Program-made: the position numbers and the translations under genes
In this document: piece by piece, positions 1 to 9,500 of the stretch
Numbering within the stretch: the stretch's first letter is position 1
Layout: each line of letters starts with the position of its first letter
Assembly: GCA_027009115.1 (NCBI GenBank)
Contig: JALVDI010000386.1
Coordinates: 6,700-70,699, forward strand
From: Polyangiaceae bacterium
GTDB taxonomy: Bacteria > Myxococcota_A > Polyangia > Polyangiales > Houyiibacteriaceae
Reading direction: 5' to 3'
Length of the DNA stretch: 64,000 nt
The notes under the pieces: model-generated
Told to the model about the DNA's origin: nothing
What the model saw: only the letters and a program-made list of their open reading frames with translations
Database searches by the model: none

Positions 1-442
1 CCACCCCGGACTTGATCGAGAGGGCGTCGCGGTTGTCGTCCATGAAGACCCGCGCCAGCCAGAGGGGCACCTCGCCGGCGCGCTCGTGGATCTCCTTGGG
101 CACCGTCGCCGAAAGCACGCCGTACACGGTGAAGGGGTCCATCCCGTCAAGGGCCTGGTCGAGCGTGTCGCCCTTGCCGGCGAACTTGACGATGATCCGG
201 CCACCGCTCGCCTTGAACTCGAGCTGCGCCGTCGCGACGTACCAGCGCTCGGTCGCCTCATCCGCGACGCCCCGGTCCCACGGGCCCCGCGTGTACAGGG
301 CAGCCTGCACGCTGTCCAGCTTCAGCGGGAAGTCGTGCCGCGCCATGGCCGCGACCACGCGGCGGGTCCCCTCCATCTGGAGCGGGGTCTTCAGCACCAC
401 CACGTCCTGCCGCTTCTCCCACATGCCGTTTTCGACCTTCAT
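1..442 (-). CDS. Hypothetical protein, N-terminal part only (gene continues past left edge)
   Basis: My own minus-strand translation from ATG 440-442 (MKVENGMWEKRQDVVVLKTPLQMEG...) stays open to position 1. GGAGAGG lies just upstream, and there is an ATGA overlap with gene 439..753. The ORF is absent from the track because it is truncated. No domain recognised. Confidence 0.45.
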   Translation of the reverse strand, partial: MKVENGMWEKRQDVVVLKTPLQMEGTRRVVAAMARHDFPLKLDSVQAALYTRGPWDRGVADEATERWYVATAQLEFKASGGRIIVKFAGKGDTLDQALDGMDPFTVYGVLSATVPKEIHERAGEVPLWLARVFMDDNRDALSIKSGV

Positions 443-753
443 ACCTCTCCCCCTTTCACCCAGCGCTGCAACCGCTCGGCGGCGCGCTCGATGTTGCTTC
501 GCCCCACGGGGTTCGCGGAGTGGCTTACGATCCGGGGCAGCTCGCGCAGGTCATGGGCGACCACGTAGCGCTCGAGCCAGTTGATGAAGTCGTAGCCGGT
601 CTCCCCTTCCCCGAGGTCGTGGTCGAGGCTGATCTCCTCTACCCCCTCGAGGCCGTGGCCCTCCACCCACGCCCGGAGCTCCGCGGCGGTACGGAACAAC
701 CGGTATCCCGGGGGTGGTGTGCGCAGGTCATCGAGGAACAGCCGTAGACTCAT
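439..753 (-). CDS. cREC-like receiver-type domain protein
   Basis: Track ORF 439..819 trimmed to ATG 751-753 (MSLRLFLDD...), which has a GGGAGA SD. Motifs LFLDDxRxPP, SLDHDLG, TGYDFxxWL and SHSxNPxG fit the phage-associated cyclic-phosphate-processing receiver family as I remember it. Confidence 0.55.
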   Translation of the reverse strand: MSLRLFLDDLRTPPPGYRLFRTAAELRAWVEGHGLEGVEEISLDHDLGEGETGYDFINWLERYVVAHDLRELPRIVSHSANPVGRSNIERAAERLQRWVKGGEV

Positions 754-775
754 CGTGTCTCCCTTCTGCGCGTCC

Positions 776-805
776 ATTATACCGGACAGACGGGAAATCA
801 TGCAA
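776..805 (-). promoter_or_regulatory. Sigma-70-type promoter for the 753->1 genes
   Basis: The minus strand reads TTGCAT (800-805), 18 nt, TATAAT (776-781). The spacer ends in CCGTCTGTCCGG, a motif shared with other promoters in the window. Confidence 0.5.
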
Positions 806-925
806 GCATTTTGCGGCACCTTCCCCTTACCGGGTGTTGGCCGCGCCGGTTTTAGGGGGCATACAATCGGTGGGTCTGTACGTGCCGATGTACACGGCCT
901 GCATCCGTGCTAACATGAGGCATGC

Positions 926-945
926 GCGATAATGTCTATTATCGC
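926..945. promoter_or_regulatory. Perfect palindrome GCGATAAT-gtct-ATTATCGC upstream of the recombinase gene
   Basis: 8-bp arms at 926-933 and 938-945 with a 4-bp spacer, in the intergenic region between divergent genes. This is a candidate operator or recombination core. GCGATAAT recurs in a second palindrome at 27139-27153. Confidence 0.4.
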
Positions 946-1012
946 TTCGTACACCAGGCTCCGGCCCCGGGTTTTCTCGCTCTCCTTCCACCTTGGCCCC
1001 TAGGGTGGTCAC

Positions 1013-1972
1013 ATGGCTAGAGGCGGTTACCGCGGCGAGGCGTTTCCATGGGGGGCGGTCAAGCCCGAGCGGCGAGCTGAGAAGGTGCGCGCGATGCTCG
1101 AGGCCGGCGACCGGGCCGGCCTGTGGGCCCTGGTCAAGCACCACCTCATGACCTGGGGGCGTGCGGGCGCGGCGACGAGCCCCCACACCCTGCGCACCTA
1201 CCGCACCGGGCTGAACAGCTTCCTCGACTACCTGGCCGAGCTCGGGCTCGAGGGGGAGCTGCTGGCCGAGGCGGTCCTCGATCCGTCGGAGGACCTGGGG
1301 GCTGAGTACCTGCGCCACCTGCAGCGTCACCACGCCCCCGCCACCGTGAACAACCGCCGGGCGGCGGCGCGGGCCTTCTACCGGGCGCTGCAATGGGCCC
1401 GGGCCACGCAGACCAACCCCTTCGACCTGGCCCCGACCGTGCGGGACCCGACGCCGCGCCACGAGAAGCGCCGCCCCTACGAGGACGACGAAATCAAGCG
1501 GTTGACCCGAGAAGCGGACCCGCACGAGCGGGTCATGGTGCTGCTCGGGGCCCAGGGCGGGCTGCGCATCTCGGAGGCGGCGCGGCTTCGCTGGGACGAC
1601 GTGGACCTCGGGGCGAAGCGGATCACGATCCGGGACGGCAAGGGAGGGAAGACGGCGAGCGTCCTCATCCCCAAGGGGCTGCGCGCCGCGCTCCGCGCCC
1701 TTCGCAAGGCCGAACCCGAGGGCGAGTACGTGCTGCCCTGGCGTACGCCTGCGAGCATCCGGCGCCGGCTCAAAGCGCTGTGCGACCGGGCCGGCGTACG
1801 CTACAAGGGCTACCACGCCCTGCGGCACTACTGCGGCACCTACATCTACCAGCAGACGGGCGACCTGAACACGGCCGCCCGCCAGCTGCGGCACTCCCAG
1901 CTGCAGACGACCGCGATCTACGCAAAGTGGGCTGAGGAGATGGCGCGCGAGCTCCTGGACGGCTGGGACTAG
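1013..1972 (+). CDS. int: Tyrosine recombinase / integrase (XerC/D-Cre-like)
   Basis: 319 aa. The N-terminal SAM-like core-binding region is followed by a catalytic domain with LLGAQGGLRISEAARLRWDD (Arg I), HALRHYCGTY (H-x-x-R) and the C-terminal TTAIYAKW tyrosine. Confidence 0.9.
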   Translation: MARGGYRGEAFPWGAVKPERRAEKVRAMLEAGDRAGLWALVKHHLMTWGRAGAATSPHTLRTYRTGLNSFLDYLAELGLEGELLAEAVLDPSEDLGAEYLRHLQRHHAPATVNNRRAAARAFYRALQWARATQTNPFDLAPTVRDPTPRHEKRRPYEDDEIKRLTREADPHERVMVLLGAQGGLRISEAARLRWDDVDLGAKRITIRDGKGGKTASVLIPKGLRAALRALRKAEPEGEYVLPWRTPASIRRRLKALCDRAGVRYKGYHALRHYCGTYIYQQTGDLNTAARQLRHSQLQTTAIYAKWAEEMARELLDGWD

Positions 1973-1990
1973 GCCCGGCCACAAGGGAGC

Positions 1991-2015
1991 GGGCCGCCCC
2001 GCGGGGCGGCCCTTT
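1991..2015. terminator. Bidirectional intrinsic terminator between convergent genes
   Basis: GGGCCGCCC-cgcg-GGGCGGCCC forms a 9-bp GC stem followed by TTT. It sits between the int stop (1972) and the stop of 2037..2249. Confidence 0.6.
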
Positions 2016-2036
2016 GCGCAAGAACACCGTCGGCGT

Positions 2037-2249
2037 TCACGAGAAGGCGTCGAAGCTCTTGGCGTAGCGGTAGGGGTCGTCGAGCGGCGTGTTGCTCGAC
2101 ACGTACGAGACACCGAAGCCCTTGGTGACCGGGTACTTCTTGAGCAGGCGGCTGCGCACCGTCTTGCGGTCGCCGTTGACGGGCACCACGGCCACCTTGG
2201 AACCGTCCGAGGCCCGGGTCACCACGTAGTAGTCGTAGCTCTTGCTCAT
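2037..2249 (-). CDS. Hypothetical small protein (70 aa)
   Basis: ATG preceded by a GAGGGGG SD. Ordinary amino-acid composition (MSKSYDYYVVTRASDGSK...). Last gene of the leftward train. Confidence 0.55.
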   Translation of the reverse strand: MSKSYDYYVVTRASDGSKVAVVPVNGDRKTVRSRLLKKYPVTKGFGVSYVSSNTPLDDPYRYAKSFDAFS

Positions 2250-2305
2250 CTCGTACCCCCTCTCTGCATGTCCAGTATACCAGACACCGGCCCCGTCCGC
2301 AAGCG

Positions 2306-3106
2306 TCAGTTCTGCAGCTTGTGGGCGGGGAACTCGAGCCCGTACTTCTTGACCCGCGGCGGGGCCTTGGGGAAGTCGGGGCCGATCTTGCCGCCGTTGG
2401 CGTGGAGGTGGTCGCTGACCTGCTTCATGTACGCCACGCCCTCACGCTTGACGGCCTCGCGCTCGTGCGCGGGCACCAGCTTCCGCAGGTTGTCGTCCTT
2501 GTAGAAGTTGTCGTGGGCGTGGTCGGCCCAGACGTTCTGCCAGGGGTGCCGCAGCTGCACCTCGAGCCGCTGCCCCTTGTGCCCGATGCCGTTGAAGTGC
2601 ACCGAGCGGTAGCCGTCGCGCGAGCCGTCGTGCACCTCGTGCTCCAGCACCTTGAGGTGGGGGTGGGGGTTGTCCATCAGGCTCTTGAGGCGGCGGTGGG
2701 CCTCCTCGAAGTGGGCCGGGTCGTGCACGGTCACGCGCAGGCCCACGGTATCGCCCAGGCGGTTGAAGTGGCGCGGCTGCTTGCCCGGGCGCCCCATCTT
2801 CTCCGCGACCTTGTACGGCTCCTTGATGCGGCCGCCGATCTGCACGTTCAGCCCCTGCAGCACCTTTTCCAGGTGCGCCTTGGCGCGGTCGTGGGCCTCT
2901 TCGGCGATCGGATGCAGGTGCTCGGAGATGTGCTGCTGGACTTCCGGCGCGGTGTGCGGCACCCAGCGGCGCCCGCTGGGGGTCTTCACCCGCACCATCA
3001 TCCGGCCGCTGGGAAGCACGCGCATGGCGCTCGCGCCCTGGGCCTTGGCGAGGAGCGAGAGGGCCAGCTCGACGAGCGAAAAGGAAGACGCTAGGGTGCG
3101 ATCCAT
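2306..3106 (-). CDS. RelA/SpoT-domain protein (small alarmone synthetase / toxSAS-like nucleotide pyrophosphokinase)
   Basis: 266 aa. The ordered motifs RIKEPYKVAEKM, LGDTVGLRVTV, DGYRSVHFN and LEVQLRHPWQNVWADHAHDNFYK match the RSH synthetase-domain signature (RxKxxxSxxxK, DxxGxR, GYRSxH, EhQhRTxxQxxWAxxxHxxxYK). Confidence 0.7.
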   Translation of the reverse strand: MDRTLASSFSLVELALSLLAKAQGASAMRVLPSGRMMVRVKTPSGRRWVPHTAPEVQQHISEHLHPIAEEAHDRAKAHLEKVLQGLNVQIGGRIKEPYKVAEKMGRPGKQPRHFNRLGDTVGLRVTVHDPAHFEEAHRRLKSLMDNPHPHLKVLEHEVHDGSRDGYRSVHFNGIGHKGQRLEVQLRHPWQNVWADHAHDNFYKDDNLRKLVPAHEREAVKREGVAYMKQVSDHLHANGGKIGPDFPKAPPRVKKYGLEFPAHKLQN

Positions 3107-3138
3107 GGCCGCACCCTAGCGTCGGGGACGGTGGGTCG

Positions 3139-3504
3139 TTACGCTCCGACGGCGTTGGCCGGCCCCATGTCGGGGTCGTAGAGCACGTAACCCTCGCCGG
3201 ACGGCCAGTAGCTGTGCCCCTGGTAACGCTCGCCCCAGAGCGTCTTCTGCTCGGCGTGGTGCAGCGCGGCCAGGAAGAGCGACCACTCGTCGGGGTAGAG
3301 CTGTTCGAGCCGGGCCACGGTCTCCGGCTCGTCGTGGGGGTGGGGGAGATGCACCGACGGCAGCGTCTCCGCGTCCGTTTCCCGGCGCAGCCAGCGCTTC
3401 AGCGGCCACCAGTACATGCCGTAGGCCTTGTAGCTGCCAGGATCCCGCTGGAGCAGCTGCACCACCCCGCTCAGGGCTTCACGGTCCACCTTGCGCTTGC
3501 TCAT
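3139..3504 (-). CDS. Hypothetical protein (121 aa)
   Basis: ATGA overlap with the stop of the giant gene at 3501-3504. Trp/Tyr-rich, non-degenerate sequence. No domain recognised. Confidence 0.6.
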   Translation of the reverse strand: MSKRKVDREALSGVVQLLQRDPGSYKAYGMYWWPLKRWLRRETDAETLPSVHLPHPHDEPETVARLEQLYPDEWSLFLAALHHAEQKTLWGERYQGHSYWPSGEGYVLYDPDMGPANAVGA

Positions 3505-6500
3505 CGCGTCCTCCCCGTCATTTTATGGTAAAGCTCCACGAGCGAGGCCTTCACCAGGTACTCGGCCTGCTCGGGGCGCGGTATCGCGCGCCAATGCCGC
3601 TTGCCCAGCACCCGCTCGGCGTAGAAGGGCAGCGCACCGAGGGCGTCGTAGCCCAGGTCGCGCTCGCCGTGGTGTTTCCGCCACAGCTCGATGTCCTCGG
3701 GGGTGTTGGTGAGCAGCCGCTCGCCCTCTTCAAGCGGGATGCCGGGCTTGGCGTACGAGGCGGTGCGGTGCTCGGGGACGCCCTCGCGGTTGACGACCCA
3801 GGCCCCGATGCCGCCCCGGTCCTGCTTGGCCCACTCCTTGAGCGCTTCCTGGATCCGGTCGTGGTGCCGGCGCACCACGTCGGGGTGCACCTTCTGCAAG
3901 CCGGTGACGCCCACGTGCCGCAGCCGCTGCGCCAGCTCCTGCCCCAGGGTTTCGTCGTCCACCCGCGGGCGCGCGAAGATGTTGCCCAGCTCGGCCACGT
4001 CCTCGATCTTGTAGCTCGAGGGCTTGGGCTCGGAGCCGTAGCGCTGCAGCGGCACCAGCGGGGCGATCTGCATCGTCTTGGTGACGGGGCTGACCGAGAG
4101 GATGCGGAAGTGCCGCACGCCGCCGTCCTTGGTGTGCTGCTCGATGTGGCCGCCCTCCACGAAGACCTGGCCCGACGGGGCGATCACGAAGGGACGGCCC
4201 TCGCGGATCGCGTCCAGCTGGTCCTTGCTCACCTGCTCGTTGCGCTCGAGGTCGGACATGCGCGCCCGCCACTCGCCCTCGAGGCGCTTGAGCTTGCGGC
4301 TGCGCTCCTCCAGGCGCCGGTTCCACACGGCCACCTTCTCGGGGCTCCCCTCGGCGTGCGCCTTCTCCAGGTTGGCCTGCGCCTGAGCGACCAGGCCGCG
4401 CTGCTTCTGGACGGAGTGGTGCAGGATGCTCGCCTGCTGCAGCTTCTGGACGGTGGCCTGCCACGCGGCGGCCTTGGCCTCCTCGAGGCGCTTTTTCTTC
4501 TGCTTCTCCAGGATCGCCCGCACGTCGTCGGGGTTGTCGGCCGTCTGCATGAGCATCTGGGTGTAGGGGTCGTTCTCCGGGTCCATGGCGTCGGCGTTGC
4601 GGGCGCGCTCCTCGGTGCTGTTCCACAGGATGTCGGTCCAGCCCTTCTTACCGAGCATGGTGCCGTAGGTCATGGCGTCCACGGAGCCGCGCGCCAGCAG
4701 CACGTGGTTGCGCACCTTCTCCTGGGTGTTGCCCTGCCGTACGGCGCGGCCCAGGCGCTGCCAGTAGGTGCCCGGGTCCCAGGGGATGTCCAGGTGCACC
4801 ATGTCGGTCGTGCCCGTCTGCAGGTTGAACCCCTCGCCGATGACCCCGGTGGAGCCGATGACCACGCGGATCTTGCCGGCCTTGTAGGCGGCCTCGATGT
4901 CGGCGCGGGCGGCCGAGCTCTTGGCCGTCTTCGAGGTGACGACGGCGATCTGGTCTTCGGGCACGCCCGCCTCGATGAGGTGCTGCTTAAGCCGGGCGTA
5001 GGCGTTGGTGCGGCTCTCCTCGAGGTGCTTGGCGACCAGCTTCCGCAGCTTGGCGGTGGTCATGCCCTCATGGGGGAGCTTGTTGCGCTTGGCGTACTCG
5101 CGCAGGGCGTCCTCGCCCATGTCCTCGGCGGGGTTCTCGTCCATGGACGACTGCCCCAGGTCCATGAACATGACCACCTTCCCGCCCTCGCTGAGCGCCT
5201 GTTTGGCGATCTCGCCCGCCTTCTGGAAGCGCGGGTTGGGCAGGTGCCCCAGGCGCTCGGGGTCGTAGACCGCGGGGTCGAGGGTGAGGAAACGCATGCG
5301 CGCCAGGTAGGAGAAGAAGTGCTCGTCGCCTTCGGCTTCGCGGTTGGCCGCGGCGTGCTGGGCGGCGGCGGCCAGGGCGCGGTACTCCGTGTGCTGCTCG
5401 GGGTGCATCTCGAAGATGTGCTCGTGGTCCTCGCGCTCGGGGATCTTGAGACCCACCTCCTGCGCGGTGCGCCGGAAGATGTAGCGGTTCATCAGTCCCC
5501 GAAGCTCCCCCAGGTTCTTGAACCCGAGGACGGCGGTCCGCACCTCCACGCCGCCGGGCGTGGCCACCAGGGCATTGCCGATGTCCGTGTAGCGGCTGAT
5601 GAACGCCTCCGGGGTGGGCGCGATGCGGTCTACGGCGTCGGTGACGTAGCGCAGCATGTTGTAGACCTCGAGCGGCGAGTTTTTGGTCGGGGTGGCCGTG
5701 AGGGCGTAGATCCCGCTGCCGTCGTTGTGGTCGCGCACGTGCCGCGCCTTGATCAGCATGTCGAGCGCGCGCTGCGACTCCGAGCCGGCCCCCAAAAACT
5801 TCGGCGACTCGCCGAAGACCCGCGGCGCCGCATGCAGGTTCTTGTAGGCGTGGTGCTCGTCCGAGATGAGCGCGTCCACGCCCAGGTCCTCCCAATGCAC
5901 CGCCCGCACCTGGTCGCCGAAGAGCTTGGCCGTGGCCTTCTCCATGGCCTGCTGCATCTTGCCCACCCAGTCGCGCTCGCTGCGCTTCTTGCGCTTGTCG
6001 TGCTGCGCCTCCTCGAACTCGCGGGCGCGCACCACGTCGTCCTTGACGTAGCGCTCGAGGGTTTCGGGCCGTACCGGGATGGCACCGAACTTGTCGCGGG
6101 TGATGAGCACGCGGGTGATGCTGGGGTCCGCGGCGAGGCGCGCGAGCTTGGTGGCCACGTCCTTCATTTTGTCCTCGCGCCAGACCTTCTTCTTGGGATC
6201 AAAGGTCTCGCCGATGACCATCACGTGGTCCCCGGGGACGCCCCGGGCCACGTCCGCCCGGGACAGGGCGCGCAGCGCCGCGCGGAAGCGCTCGGGCTCG
6301 AGCCCGCTGGCCTTCTCGGCGTCGTTCAGGTTGATGAGGTCGCGCTCCTTGAGCAGATCGTAGACCTTCTGCGCGTCCGCGGCGGTCTGCTCGTCGGTGC
6401 CCTCGGGGACGGCGAACTCGCCCGTGATGTACCAGCGGCCGCTACCGAGCTCGGCGTAGCTGTTGCGCCAGTTGCCCATCAGGCTCTTGGGCATGACGTG

Positions 6501-9500
6501 CATGACCCGCTTGGCCCGGCCTTCGTGCTCGAGGAGCTGGGCTAGCGCGAGGCCGGCGTACGTCTTCCCGAGACCCACGTCGAGGGCCATGATCGAGTTG
6601 CCGGTGTCGAGGGCGTGCCGCACCGCCTCCGTCTGGAAGTCATGCAGCGGCGGACCCTTCCAGTCGGGGATGTCCAGCGCCTCGTTGCTGTACTTGGGCG
6701 GGATGTAGCTGTTGTAGGTGCGGTTGTAGCCCTCTTCGAGCTCTTCGCGGTAGTCGGAGCTGGCCGCCCACGCCTTGAACTGGTCGGCCCACTCCTGCTC
6801 CTGCTTGCGGGCCTCCTCGCGGTACTGCGCCTTGAGCGCGTCCAGCTCGGCGCGGGTCATGGTCCTCGTCTGCTCGGCCGTGAGGCGCCGCACCGGGGTG
6901 TCGAAGTTGAGGTACTTGACGAACTCCTTGACGTGGTCGGGGAGACTGTAGCCCTCGGCGTGCTCCACGATGAAGATGCCGGTGTCCGTACGCCGCACAT
7001 TGTACTGGCCGCCCGGGTCCACGACCTCGCCGATGAAGTCGCGCACCACCTCCGGGCGCACGTAGTGGTCGCGGGCCGTGATCTCGACCTCCTCGAGGGG
7101 CTTGCGGGGCAGCTTCTCGCGGAACTTCTTGGCCTGGGCCCGCAGGATCTCGCGTTCGGTGTTCGAGAGGCCCGGGGCCTCGGCGGCCCGCTCCAGCGCC
7201 TCGGAGCGCTCGTACACGTCCCCGACGTAGAACTCGTCGTCGGGAATCCAGCGCCCCGACTCGTCCATGGCGTAGCCGTTCTCGGCCAGCCACTCCATGG
7301 CCTGCGTGGTGCCCCAGCCTTTCCCCGCCAGCACCGAGGCCAAGCGGGTGGGGGTGAGGCGCCGCTGCCGCGCAAGGTGCGCCGCGACGGCGTAGGGGTC
7401 GGTGTAGTCCACCCCCTCGCCGCGCTCGCCCGTGACCGGGTTGAGCAGGTGCTCGGCCACGTCGCCCTTGGGCGTGACGGCGCTGAGCAGGTGGGCGAGG
7501 CTGTGCCGGCGTTTGAGCTCGCCGGCCAAGTGTTGGTGGGGGTTGCCGTACTCCTCCAGGTAGCGCTTCAGGGACTCGACCACCGCCTTACGGCGCGCCT
7601 CGGCGTCGGCCGGGCTGCCGTTGTTGAGCACGTGCACGTACTCGCGCAGCTCGTCGGCGATGCTGACCGCGGCCGCGAGGCGCGGGTCCTCGCCCTGGAT
7701 CGTGTGCCAGCGCCCGTTGCGGAAGACCAGGCGGCCGTCCTCGCTGACCGTCCCCTCCTCGACGCGGCCGCGCTCGAGGTTCGAGGCCGCGCTCGTGGCC
7801 CAGTCGCGGGCCGATGCGTACTCGTCCCCGTAGTGGCGCTCCAGCGCCGCCATGTCCGCCGGCTGTTCGTCGGTGGGGGCCTGGGCCAGGCGCTCGAGCA
7901 GCCCGGGCTCGAGCTCGCCCTCGATCTTCTTGTAGCCGTGGTACGTGGTCTCGCCGCTCCACGTCCCGAAGAGGTGGTCGTCGCGCAGGTGCAGCTTGCC
8001 GTCCAGGAAGTCGCGCGCGGCGTCCGTGAGCACGCCCGCCTTCTCCAGGGCCTCCTCGCCGTGGCGCTGCACCAGGCGCAGGAGGGTCATCCCCTCATCG
8101 TCCGGGCGCTTGCGCACCACCAGCACCACCGGGGGCACCCCCGAGTTGGACTCCTTGAAGACGCTGGAGGGGAGCTGGTAGGCCCCCAGGACCTCCGCCC
8201 GGGCCAAGAGGCGCCGGCGGAAGTCGCGGGTCGAGGGGTTCTCGACGGGTCCCGGGTTGATCAGGTGCACGCCCACGCCGCCGTCCTTGAGGCGGTCCAG
8301 GGAGGCGTCAATGAAATACTGCTCGGCCTTGGCGAGCCACGGCTTGCCCTTGCCGATCAGGCTGCCGCGGATGCCGTAGGGCGGGTTGGCGATCACCGCG
8401 TCGTAGGTGTGCTCCTGCCCTTCGCCCTGGTTGTACTCCTCGAAGGACAGGCCGGGGTAGACCTTGTGCCCCCGGGGCTCGTGCAGCAGCTTGCCGATCT
8501 TGCCCGATACCTCGGAGAGCTCGACGCCGGTCACGCGGGTGCCGTCGGGGGCGGTGTGCAGGAAGACGCCGTTGCCCATCGAGGGCTCGAGCGCGGTCTT
8601 GGGCTGGCCGGCCACGCGGTGCAGCAGGGCCCACATGGCGGCCGCCAGCGGCGCCGGGGTGTAGTGGGCGTTCAGGTCGCCCGTCAGGCCGCCCTCGCCG
8701 GTGTAGGCGGCCAGGACCTGGCGCTCCTCCTCGGTGGGCTCGCGCTTCTCGTCTTCCAGGCGCTCCAGCAGCTCCACGGCGCGCGCGTTGGCCTTGGTGC
8801 GCTGGGCAACCGTGGCCTTGGGCAGCAGCGCGAACCCGAACCGGGGAATACGCTTCAGGATCTCGCGCAGGGGGCGCGCGTAGTTGAGTCCGCGGCCTTC
8901 GGCTTCGGCCTGGGGCGGCTCCTCGGCGGCCGGCTCGGCCTCGGCCTCGGGCTCGGTCTCGGTCGGCTTGGCCTCGGGTTCGGGCTCCGGCTCGGCCTGG
9001 GGTTCGGCCGCTCCGGCTTCCGCCTCGGGCGCGGTCGGCTTGGCCTCGGGTTCGGGCTCCGAGGTGGCCTGGGGCTCGGGTTCGGTTTCCTGCCGGGGCG
9101 CGCTCGGGGCGCTTTCGGGTTCCTCGTCCACGCGGTGCCAGCGCCCGCCCTTGAGGCGGTACGTGTGGGCCCCGTCGGCGAAGACGACCGTCTTCTCGGC
9201 ACCCTCCCGCAGGTGCTGATCGGAAGGGTCGGCCGGCAGCTCCGCGGGGGCCGGTCCCGCGGTGTCGGGCACCGACGGCTCCACCTGCGGCGCGTTCTTG
9301 CCCTCCCAGCGCTCGCGCGGCACTTCATGGTAGAAGTGGTCGGTCAGGTTCTGGGCGAAGACCCGGGCGAACTGGGGGTCGCGTCCCCGCAGCTCGTAGC
9401 CGCGGATCGGGTCGTGCGTCGCCGTCTCCTCCAGCTCGAGGGCGCCGTCGGGAGCCACCTTGTACACCAGCTCGCCGTCGAGGTAGATGTCGCTCATTGG

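Noticed and set aside
820-1012. Looked for attP features or a tRNA fragment next to the recombinase gene.
   Set aside because: Only the 20-bp palindrome at 926-945 stands out. I saw no tRNA-like T-arm or acceptor sequence, and no second copy of any candidate core within the window. Integration versus plasmid maintenance therefore cannot be decided here.
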